64,000 bases of DNA, taken from NCBI GenBank assembly GCA_965243135.1, contig OZ251539.1:4288001-4352000 (forward strand), read 5' to 3'. The position numbers were made by a program, and so were the translations under genes. Below, one piece after another: positions 18,929 to 28,231 of the stretch. Within the stretch, counting starts at the first letter, position 1. Every line of letters starts with the position of its first letter. Below the pieces are notes generated by a model. That model did not search any database. It was given only the letters and a program-made list of their open reading frames with translations, and had not been told where the DNA came from. Origin of the DNA: Alphaproteobacteria bacterium (GTDB lineage: Bacteria > Pseudomonadota > Alphaproteobacteria > MPNO01 > UBA830).

Positions 18929-19536
18929 ACGCCGGGATGCGGCGCGATCTCGAGATCATCGCCGGCATGATCGACCACGGCAGCCGCGTTCTCGACGTCG
19001 GCTGCGGAGACGGCGCGCTGCTCGACCATCTCGTCCACCGGAAGAACGTGGACGGGCGCGGCATGGAACTGAGCCAGGCCGGGGTCAACGCCTGCGTCGC
19101 GCACGGGCTGTCCGTCATCCAGGGCGACGCGGACACCGATCTCGCGCACTATCCCGACGACGCGTTCGACTACGCGATTCTGTCCCAGACCCTTCAGGCG
19201 ACCCGCAATCCGCTGGACGTGGTTTCGCACCTGGTCCGCATCGGGCGGCGCGCGGTCGTTTCGTTCACGAATTTCGGACACTGGCGTTTCAGGCTGAGCC
19301 TGCTTCTGAAGGGCCGCATGCCGCAAGTCTGCGACAAGGGTTACGACTGGTTCGACACGCCGAACATCCATCTCTGCACCATCCGGGACTTTGCGGACAT
19401 GTGCGAGGAGCTCGGCCTCGAGGTGAACCGGGCGCTCTCGCTTTCGCGCTCGGGAACCTCGCGAGACCTCAGCAAGATCGGCTGCGGCGCCAATCTGCGA
19501 AGCGAGGAAGCCATTTTTCTACTTGCGCGAAGATAG
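18925..19536 (+). CDS. metW: Methionine biosynthesis protein MetW
   Basis: [31 protein letters not shown]; ATGA overlap with metX. Confidence 0.95.
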   Translation: MNAGMRRDLEIIAGMIDHGSRVLDVGCGDGALLDHLVHRKNVDGRGMELSQAGVNACVAHGLSVIQGDADTDLAHYPDDAFDYAILSQTLQATRNPLDVVSHLVRIGRRAVVSFTNFGHWRFRLSLLLKGRMPQVCDKGYDWFDTPNIHLCTIRDFADMCEELGLEVNRALSLSRSGTSRDLSKIGCGANLRSEEAIFLLARR

Positions 19537-19551
19537 GTCCCGTCCGGCGGG

Positions 19552-20262
19552 CTACGCTCCCGCCGGACCGAACGCGCGCACGGCGGCGCGAGCGCCGGCC
19601 GGAGCGCCCGCATAGATCTGCTTTCCGGCTTCGATGAACAGAAGCCCGGCGATCGTCCGGAAACACCGCGCGCCGGCCTTTTCGATCGCCGGCGCCGCGC
19701 CCAAAACCATGCGCGACCGGGTGGGCGGGACGAACAGGCCGGCCAGGGGCCGGCCGGGGACGAACAGGTTGTCGCGCAGCAGGCGGGAAAGTTGCCGCGG
19801 CGTATAGGGATGACCATGTCCGAACGGCGTGTGATCGAGCCGCGCCCAGATGCCACGGCGATTCGGCACGACGATCAGAACCCGCCCGCCGTCGGCGAGG
19901 ACGCGCCACGCTTCGCGCAGAAGCTTGCGCAGCCGTTCCGAGCATTCCACGGCATGAACCAGCAACACGCGATCCATGGACACGTCCGGCAAGGGTAGTT
20001 CGCCCTCGGAAACCAACGCCGCCGCGTTGCCATTCTCGCCCAGCCACCGGGTTACGCCTTGCTGGGCCGGCATGAGAGCGACGACCCTTTCTGCCTCCTC
20101 CACGAAAGGACGCAGATACGGGACCGGATAGCCGATTCCCGCGACATTCATGCCGCGCAGGTCCGGCCAGACGGCGCGGACGTATTGCCGCACGATGCGC
20201 CGCGCCACGCGCCCGGTAGGCGAGGCGTAGAAATCGCGGAGGTCGATCACGTCATTGTACAT
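19552..20262 (-). CDS. Class I SAM-dependent methyltransferase (YafS-like partner of gloB)
   Basis: MYNDVIDLRDFY, MPAQQGV, VPNRRGIWAR...TPFGHG. Confidence 0.88.
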   Translation of the reverse strand: MYNDVIDLRDFYASPTGRVARRIVRQYVRAVWPDLRGMNVAGIGYPVPYLRPFVEEAERVVALMPAQQGVTRWLGENGNAAALVSEGELPLPDVSMDRVLLVHAVECSERLRKLLREAWRVLADGGRVLIVVPNRRGIWARLDHTPFGHGHPYTPRQLSRLLRDNLFVPGRPLAGLFVPPTRSRMVLGAAPAIEKAGARCFRTIAGLLFIEAGKQIYAGAPAGARAAVRAFGPAGA

Positions 20263-20515
20263 GCCGCGAATATGAACTCCGGCGGCGGCCGCGAAAAGCG
20301 TTTCTGCGCGCCCGGACATTTTCGGCAAGTCGCCGCCGCGCTGACGCGACGCGCCTGCAAGCGCCGACAGCCCGTCTTGCGCTTCGCACAGGGGATCGTT
20401 CGCGCCGACCAGCGCCCGCGTCCGGCGTGGATTCAAGACTCGTTCGGCAGCCGTCTCGTCAAGGCCGAAGGCGGCGTCACGATCACCGAAACGGAGATTA
20501 TGTCGACAACCTCGG

Positions 20516-20544
20516 ATTGACGCCAATGCGCGAGAAGCGTCAAT
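20516..20544 (+). promoter_or_regulatory. Inverted repeat overlapping a possible -35 element
   Basis: ATTGACGC-N13-GCGTCAAT about 60 nt upstream of the aspartic protease ATG. Confidence 0.35.
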
Positions 20545-20602
20545 ATTCAACAATAGCGCTGTCCGACGAGCGCCACTGGAGCCGTGCGAGAGGTCGAAGA
20601 GG

Positions 20603-20986
20603 ATGGGAGCGACACATGTGACGGTAACGATCCGCAATCCGGCTGAACCGAACAGATTTTGGGAAGGACTTTTCCTGGTCGATACAGGCGCAACGGATTC
20701 ACTCGTGCCGGCGCCGCATCTCGAAGCCATCGGGCTCAAGTCCAAAGGCCGGCGAGTCTATGAACTGGCCGCCGGAAAAGAGATCGCGGTGGACATCACA
20801 ACGGCGGACATCGAATTCATGGGCGAAACGGTCGGCGGAACGATCCTGTTCGGCGCGGCGAACGCGGAGCCTTTGCTTGGAGTAACCGCTCTCGAGTCGG
20901 TCGGCATCGAGGTCGATCCGCTCGATCAGAGATTGAAGCGCCTTCCCGCCGCACGGCTCAAGGGAATCCCGCCGAAGGCGCTATGA
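20603..20986 (+). CDS. Clan AA (retropepsin-like) aspartic protease, AF_0612-like
   Basis: FLVDTGATD catalytic motif and PLLGVTALES; GAGG RBS. Confidence 0.88.
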   Translation: MGATHVTVTIRNPAEPNRFWEGLFLVDTGATDSLVPAPHLEAIGLKSKGRRVYELAAGKEIAVDITTADIEFMGETVGGTILFGAANAEPLLGVTALESVGIEVDPLDQRLKRLPAARLKGIPPKAL

Positions 20987-21068
20987 CGCGTACGCCTCGC
21001 GTGAGAGAGCGTCGGAGACGCTCATACGACGCAGAACGCTGCACCGCTGACGATACGACATCCGGAAA

Positions 21069-21246
21069 GGCTCAATTCGCATAAAGCATGTTTGACCCTG
21101 GACAGGGTTGCTCGACCGCGCCGAGGAACGATGAGGTTCCGAGAACGAAATTCGAGAAATCAGCGTTGTTTCGGAAAGTTACGGGAAGTTTTTGCAGGGT
21201 CGCGCTCGCTCGTCGTCAAGTGCCCGTCCATAACGCGAATTGAGCC
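21069..21246. mobile_element. MITE / miniature IS derivative (178 bp)
   Basis: TIRs GGCTCAATTCGC (12 bp perfect, 14/16 extended); flanks TCCGGAAA (21061-21068) and TGCGGAAA (21247-21254), an 8-bp duplication with one mismatch. Confidence 0.75.
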
Positions 21247-21569
21247 TGCGGAAAAGATCATCCTGATCGGCGGATGCAGATCCGACTTCGCCAAACCGGC
21301 AAATCCATAAAACGTTGATTTTCAAGAAAGCCGCGTGCTGTCCGCGCCCCTTCACCGCCGATTTCGACCGCTCGCCCGGCACGGTGGGCGAAGAACGGCC
21401 GCGCCGGTCCTGTTCTTCGGTCGCCTTCTCGAAAGCCGGTTTCGGGGTAACCGCCAGGAGCGCGCCTCCCCTCGGCTGGCCCGATCTTCGCCGGCGCGCC
21501 GGTTGGCCGCGCCGGGAGCTTTTGTTAGTTTGCGCGGCATCAAGTTCGCGAGGCTGGAGGCCGCCCGTC

Positions 21570-22340
21570 ATGTCGACCCTCGAAATTCACCAGATACCGA
21601 CCCGTTCCGACAACTACGTCTACCTCTTGCGCGAAAGTTCGTCGGGCAACGCAGCGGTCGTCGATCCTTCGGACGCGGCGCCGGTGCTCGAGACCCTGGA
21701 CATGTTCGGCTGGAACCTTACCCACATCCTCGCGACCCACCACCATGACGACCACATCGGCGGCGTCCCCGAAATAAAGGCCGCGACGAATTGCACGGTC
21801 GTCGGACCGCGAGCGGATCGCGAGCGGATCCCGCAGATCGACGTCGAGGTCGGCGACGGGGACGCCTACATGCTCTACGAGGCGGAAGCGAAGGTCTGGG
21901 ACGTTCCCGGCCATACTCGCGGGCACATCGCCTACTGGTTTGCCGAAAGCCGCGCCCTGTTCTGCGGCGACACCCTCTTCGCGCTCGGTTGCGGCCGGGT
22001 GTTCGAAGGAACGCATGCGCAGATGTACGCTTCGATCTCCAAATTCAGGGAAGTGCCGGACGACACATGGGTCTACTGCGCGCACGAGTATACGTCTGCC
22101 AACGCCAGATTCGCGCTGCACGTCGATCCCGGCAACGCCGCGCTCGCCGCTTACGCCAGACAGATCGAGCGGCGGCGCGAAGCGGGCGTCTCGACCGTCC
22201 CGTCGCTGATGGGGGTCGAGCGGCGAACCAACCCGTTCCTGCGCGCCGACGACCCGGCGTTCGCGAAAACGCTCGGCATGGAAGGCCGCGACGGAATCGA
22301 CGTTTTCTCCGAGGTGCGAACCAGAAAGGACACGTTCTGA
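21570..22340 (+). CDS. gloB: Hydroxyacylglutathione hydrolase (glyoxalase II)
   Basis: DNYVYL, THHHDDHIGG, PGHTRGH, GDTLF, CAHEYT, TNPFLR. Confidence 0.95.
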   Translation: MSTLEIHQIPTRSDNYVYLLRESSSGNAAVVDPSDAAPVLETLDMFGWNLTHILATHHHDDHIGGVPEIKAATNCTVVGPRADRERIPQIDVEVGDGDAYMLYEAEAKVWDVPGHTRGHIAYWFAESRALFCGDTLFALGCGRVFEGTHAQMYASISKFREVPDDTWVYCAHEYTSANARFALHVDPGNAALAAYARQIERRREAGVSTVPSLMGVERRTNPFLRADDPAFAKTLGMEGRDGIDVFSEVRTRKDTF

Positions 22341-22455
22341 ACGCCGGGACTGCGTTCGACCCTGCTTCCATAACGAAAGTCGTCGCGGCGCCTGCGGCGG
22401 CGCAACGACCGCAAGACCGCGCAGCCGGGAGATTCCGGGGCGGACCGCCCGAAGA

Positions 22456-23178
22456 TCAGTACATGTGCTGGCCGCCGTTGATCGAGAGCGTCGAGCCGGT
22501 GATGAAATCCGCTTCGTCCGCCACCAGGAAAAGCACGCCCCGCGCAACGTCTTCGCCGCGCCCCAGCCGTCCCATGGGGATGCGCCGGATTATCTTCTCC
22601 AGAATGTCCGCCGGCACCGCCCTCACCATCTCGGTGTCGACGTATCCCGGCGCGATCGCGTTGACCGTGATGCCGTGAACGGCGCCTTCCTGGGCAAGCG
22701 CCTTGGTGAAGCCGTGTATGCCCGACTTGGCCGCCGCGTAGTTGACCTGTCCGTACTGGCCCGCCTGACCGTTGATCGATCCGATATTGACGATGCGCCC
22801 GAATTTCCGTTTCCGCATGCCTTCGATCACGCACCGCGACATGTTGAAGCACGACCCCAGATTGGTGTCGATCACCGCCTGCCAACTCTCGTGATCCATG
22901 CGATGCAGCGTGCCGTCCCGCGTGATGCCGGCATTGTTGACGAGTATGTCGACCGGACCGATATCGCTTTCGATGGAGGCGACGCCTTCCTTGCAGGATT
23001 CGAAGTCGGAAACGTCGATCTTGTAAACCGGGATCCCGGTGTCCCGATTGAATTCCCCGGCAGCCGCATCGTTTCCGCCGTAGACGGCCGCGACCGAGTA
23101 ACCCTTTTCGCTCATCTGCCGGGACACGATCCGGCCGATGCCTCGCGTACCACCCGTGACGATTGCGTTTCTCGGCAT
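22456..23178 (-). CDS. phaB: Acetoacetyl-CoA reductase
   Basis: TGGTRGIG, NNAGITRD, GQYGQVNYAAAK, INGGQHMY. Confidence 0.93.
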   Translation of the reverse strand: MPRNAIVTGGTRGIGRIVSRQMSEKGYSVAAVYGGNDAAAGEFNRDTGIPVYKIDVSDFESCKEGVASIESDIGPVDILVNNAGITRDGTLHRMDHESWQAVIDTNLGSCFNMSRCVIEGMRKRKFGRIVNIGSINGQAGQYGQVNYAAAKSGIHGFTKALAQEGAVHGITVNAIAPGYVDTEMVRAVPADILEKIIRRIPMGRLGRGEDVARGVLFLVADEADFITGSTLSINGGQHMY

Positions 23179-23216
23179 GGCCCTTCTCCCAGGTTTCGTC
23201 GAGAACGGTCGCCCCG

Positions 23217-24485
<1,269 letters not shown>

Positions 24486-24503
24486 TCAAAGACGCCGCCG
24501 GCT

Positions 24504-25709
24504 TCAGGGCTTTCCCGCCGCATATTGGAGCCAGTCCGCCAGGGATGACCACAGCCCGGCTTCCGCCCGCCCCCCGACCACCATTCCGATGTGACCGGCG
24601 CGCGGCGCCAACGTCCGGACGGCAGGCAGCGCGCGAGCGAGGGCCGCCGCGGATTCCGGCGGCACGATGCGGTCTTGCGACGGGAGAACCGCCAGCGCCG
24701 GAACGTGGATCCCGGCCGGATCCACGACGGCGCCGGCGATCTTCCACCTGCCGGCCGCCGGCTCGTTCTCGACGTACCAACCGAACAAGCATTCGCGGGC
24801 GACCGGACCGGCGAGCGGAACGCCGTCGTTCAACCAGTCTTCGAGGGCGACGAAGATCTCGGCCTCTTCGCCGTTCGGATCCATTTCGGCGAACCGCCGG
24901 AACTTGATCCAGCTCTGCGTCGGATCGAGGGCCAGAAACAACGCCTGCAACGCGTCGACGGGCAGGCAGCCCCGAGAGGAAACGATCCGTTCGAGAACGG
25001 CGGCGCATGCCGCGACCGCCGGCGGCGGACCGCCGCCGTCCGCGTGAAAGTCCCACGGCGCCGCCAGCAAGGCCAGGGCGGACACCATGTCTCCCGTCAG
25101 CGACGCCAGCGCCGTCGCGAGCGTTCCCCCCATGCAGTACCCGATTACCGGCACGCCGCCTCCGGCCAGAGCGTTCGCGACGCGCAACGCCTCGACGAGA
25201 TCGCCGGCGACGTAGTCGTCGAGAGAGCGGTCGAGTTCGCCGCCGCCGGGCGCGCCCCAATCGACCAGAAGAGGGCGAAAACCCCGCGACGCGAGATATC
25301 GAAGCAGGCTGCGCCGCGCGGTCAGGTCGAGGACATGGCTGCGATTGACGAGAGAAGGAACGACGAAGACGGGCGAACCGCCCGTCCCGTAGTCGTACAA
25401 TCTCGTGGAGCCGGACTCCCAGAGCGCCGGAGGCGGCGCGACCGTCCGCCGGTACGGATGCGAACGGTAGGTTTCGACGCCCTTCAGAAACGCGGCGTGC
25501 CGGGACGCGAGTTCCCATCGCAGCGAGGCGCCGAACGCTTCAGGGTTCGCGTTCGCCAGATCCTTCCGCAGCGTCTCGCCGATTTCCGCCAGTTCGCCCT
25601 TCCACGGCCGCCAGCCGCCGCTCAAGAGCGGCCACGCGGCGAGCGAGCTCGCGGAGATCGTCGCGACCGTCATCAGGTGAAGCGGCAGAGGGCGCGGGCC
25701 GGTTCGCAT
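24504..25709 (-). CDS. PHA synthase-like (class III PhaC-like) alpha/beta hydrolase
   Basis: VPSLVNRSHVLDL, VDWG, GYCMGG (Cys nucleophile box), DRIVP, GHIG; upstream of phaAB. Confidence 0.8.
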   Translation of the reverse strand: MRTGPRPLPLHLMTVATISASSLAAWPLLSGGWRPWKGELAEIGETLRKDLANANPEAFGASLRWELASRHAAFLKGVETYRSHPYRRTVAPPPALWESGSTRLYDYGTGGSPVFVVPSLVNRSHVLDLTARRSLLRYLASRGFRPLLVDWGAPGGGELDRSLDDYVAGDLVEALRVANALAGGGVPVIGYCMGGTLATALASLTGDMVSALALLAAPWDFHADGGGPPPAVAACAAVLERIVSSRGCLPVDALQALFLALDPTQSWIKFRRFAEMDPNGEEAEIFVALEDWLNDGVPLAGPVARECLFGWYVENEPAAGRWKIAGAVVDPAGIHVPALAVLPSQDRIVPPESAAALARALPAVRTLAPRAGHIGMVVGGRAEAGLWSSLADWLQYAAGKP

Positions 25710-25860
25710 CAGCGAGCGGCTCCGCCGCGCCGAACCACCGAACGAAATCCATCATCCGTTCGGCGGCGAAATCCGGATCGTTCGCGGTTTGCGCGAGATG
25801 TTGCTGCCACAGGTCGAGATAGCGGCGGACGAGCGCGCTTACATCCGGTAACTCGTTCAT
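25540..25860 (-). CDS. Small coiled-coil protein overlapping the PhaC-like gene
   Basis: MNELPDVSALVRRYLDLWQQHL...DLRELARRVAALERRLAAVE; resembles a hypothetical I recall at this locus in Rhodospirillales. Confidence 0.65.
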   Translation of the reverse strand: MNELPDVSALVRRYLDLWQQHLAQTANDPDFAAERMMDFVRWFGAAEPLADANRPAPSAASPDDGRDDLRELARRVAALERRLAAVEGRTGGNRRDAAEGSGEREP

Positions 25861-26163
25861 GCGGCCCAATATACCGGTTCGCGCCCGAGATTTCACGGAG
25901 TCGCGCCATGCGCCGATGAGGAAGCGGCCGCTCCCTGGGGCGAACGCCCGACCGCGGAAAAGGAGCGCCGCGGATTGCGGCGAACCGGCCGTCGCGAAGG
26001 CGGCCGACTGGCCGGACCGAGGGGACAGGCCGCCGCGACGGAAGCGGAGACGGCGCGCGGCGCGCGAATGGAGCGCGCGCTTCGGTCCCAAGCGACGCGC
26101 CCGTTTCCCTATGGCCCGCCGACGAAAGATTGAAAGGCGACGGCCCGCGGCCGAAGCCGCCCG

Positions 26164-27273
26164 TCACGGATCGGGAGGTCCGAAACCCGGATGCGGAGGC
26201 ACGGTCTCGTTCGCGGTCAACGCCCGGCGGCCGCCGAACCGCTCCTTCCAGAGATCGATCGCCTCGGGATTGAAAACGTTGTTCGGCACGTCGCCGCTCA
26301 GCGCCTGCAGCACGGCGTTGGTCGCCCACCGGTAGCCGGGCCCGAGCCCGCTTCCGTCGTTCGCCGAAACCATGTGCGGCGACAACGTCACCTTGTCGCC
26401 GAGCCGGAGAAGCGGAGAATCGGCGGGCACGGGCTCGTCGCGGAAGGCGTCGATCGCGGCTCCGGCGATGGCGCCGCTCTCCAGGGCTTCCGCCAGAGCG
26501 TCCTCGTCGACGTTCGCGCCCCGGGACGTGTTGATGAAGATCGCGTCCGGCTTCATTCGGGCGAACTGCTCGGCGCCCATCAGGCGGGCGGTCTCGGCGG
26601 TGTGCGCGCAATGCAACGTAACGATGTCGGCGTGCTCCAGAAGGTATTCCAGCTCGACCCTTTCCGCGCCCTTGCTCGCGAAACGCTCTTCCTCGATATG
26701 GGGATCGCAGGCGACGATGCGCATGCCCCATGGCGCGAAGAGCCGGGCGACCCGGCCGCCGATGCGGCCGAGCCCGATGATGCCGAGCGTAAGGCCGGGA
26801 TAGCCGTCGCTCGCGCGGGCGCCGAGATACCTGCCGGTCAGTTCCCCGTCGCGCCATCTCCCGGCCTTGACCGCGGCGTCCCTCTGCGCCGTCTTCTTGA
26901 GCTGAGCCAGGATCATGGCGACGGTCCCCTCCGCGACCCCCCAACAGTTCGACTCGGTCGGCCCGTGGCAGACGAGGATGCCGAGCTCGGTCGCCGCGTC
27001 GACGTCGACGTCGTCGGTGCCCACCGTGCACTTCGCGACGACGCGCAGATCCGGACTGGCTTCGAGAATCCGGCGCGTCAGCCGGCTCGAACGGATCGAC
27101 GTGCCCAGCAACGCCTCCGCGCCCGCCGCGTAACGCGCCACCTCGTCCTCGCTGTTCCTCTCCGGCGCATGCCATGCGGCTTCGCCGAAAACGAGGTCGC
27201 ACCCGAACCTCTCGAGCTCCGCGTGGCAGGCGTCCATTCCTGCGACGGGCGCGAATACGAGAACTCTCGTCAT
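26164..27273 (-). CDS. D-isomer-specific 2-hydroxyacid dehydrogenase
   Basis: VGTDDVDV, GIIGLGRIG, INTSRG, SPHM; GGAGG RBS. Confidence 0.9.
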   Translation of the reverse strand: MTRVLVFAPVAGMDACHAELERFGCDLVFGEAAWHAPERNSEDEVARYAAGAEALLGTSIRSSRLTRRILEASPDLRVVAKCTVGTDDVDVDAATELGILVCHGPTESNCWGVAEGTVAMILAQLKKTAQRDAAVKAGRWRDGELTGRYLGARASDGYPGLTLGIIGLGRIGGRVARLFAPWGMRIVACDPHIEEERFASKGAERVELEYLLEHADIVTLHCAHTAETARLMGAEQFARMKPDAIFINTSRGANVDEDALAEALESGAIAGAAIDAFRDEPVPADSPLLRLGDKVTLSPHMVSANDGSGLGPGYRWATNAVLQALSGDVPNNVFNPEAIDLWKERFGGRRALTANETVPPHPGFGPPDP

Positions 27274-27770
27274 GTCTCTCCCTCCGTGACGCGGTTGATG
27301 AAATAACGTCCCGGACGGACGCCCGGCGGCAGCGGCAGCGGCGTCCAGCCGCCGGCCCGGTATTCCTGGTCGCTGATCACGACGCCGCCGGGCGCCATCA
27401 GCGTCGAGAGAGCCGGCGCGACGACCGCCGCCAGCCGCGCGTTCGCGCTCCTGTCGCCGGTTCCCATGTCGCAGTGGGCGAGCGCCGCCCGCGCGCCGAT
27501 GCGCGCAAGGGCGCCGGACAACGTTTCGGCGATGTCGCCGAGCACCATGTGGCGGTCGTCGGGGACGCAGTCGGGGTGCGCGGCCACGCGGCGGTCGAAC
27601 ACGAAAATCTCCCGGTCGGGAAACAGCTCGCGCAGATGGTCGTAGGTCCGCCCGTTGCCGAGGCCCAACTCGAGCACGGGGCCCGGAACGCCGGCGACCA
27701 GCTCGACGGCCGCGTTCAGGCAGTCGCGCTGCGCGGCGACGCGGCGAATGAAGGAGTCGAGCCTGCTCAC
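27270..27770 (-). CDS. Small SAM-dependent methyltransferase (Methyltransf_17-like)
   Basis: SRLDSFIRR..AQRDCL, LELGLGNGRTYDHLRE, PGRYF; GTGA overlap. Confidence 0.85.
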   Translation of the reverse strand: MSRLDSFIRRVAAQRDCLNAAVELVAGVPGPVLELGLGNGRTYDHLRELFPDREIFVFDRRVAAHPDCVPDDRHMVLGDIAETLSGALARIGARAALAHCDMGTGDRSANARLAAVVAPALSTLMAPGGVVISDQEYRAGGWTPLPLPPGVRPGRYFINRVTEGET

Positions 27771-28216
27771 CCCCGGCTCTTCGCCTCGCGCAGTTGCGCG
27801 GTCGTCGCCTCCAGACGCTGGGCAAGTTCGCGCATAACCCCGACCGCCATGTCGGGGAACTCGCCGATCAGCCTGAAGAATAGCTCCTTGGTGATCGCGA
27901 GGGTGACCAGCTCCGACTCGGCGCGCACGGTCGCGGTGCGCGGAACGTCGATCAGAATCGCGATTTCGCCGACGAAATCGTTCTTCCCCAGCTTCGCCAC
28001 CGAAAGCTCTCCCCCGGGCGTGTCGACCACCACGTCGGCCCGGCCCTCGAGAATGATGTAGGCCGTGTTGCCCGGGTCGCCCTGACGGAACAGCTCCTGT
28101 CCGTCGGGGAACGTCAGGCGCTCGCTGGTGAAGGCGAGAAGCTTGAGTATCGACGGCTCGATCTTCGCGAACAGCGGAACGCTGCGCAGGGCCTCGACTT
28201 CCTCGTTCAGACTCAC
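27767..28216 (-). CDS. Stand-alone cyclic nucleotide-binding domain protein
   Basis: LFRQGDPG, GEIAILIDVPRTATVRA phosphate-binding cassette; no HTH. Confidence 0.92.
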   Translation of the reverse strand: MSLNEEVEALRSVPLFAKIEPSILKLLAFTSERLTFPDGQELFRQGDPGNTAYIILEGRADVVVDTPGGELSVAKLGKNDFVGEIAILIDVPRTATVRAESELVTLAITKELFFRLIGEFPDMAVGVMRELAQRLEATTAQLREAKSRG

Positions 28217-28231
28217 CGGATTCCTCCACCG

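Noticed and set aside
25861-26163. phaR gene or REP-like repeats in the gap
   Set aside because: No PhaR-like frame, and the GC-rich stems do not recur elsewhere in the window.
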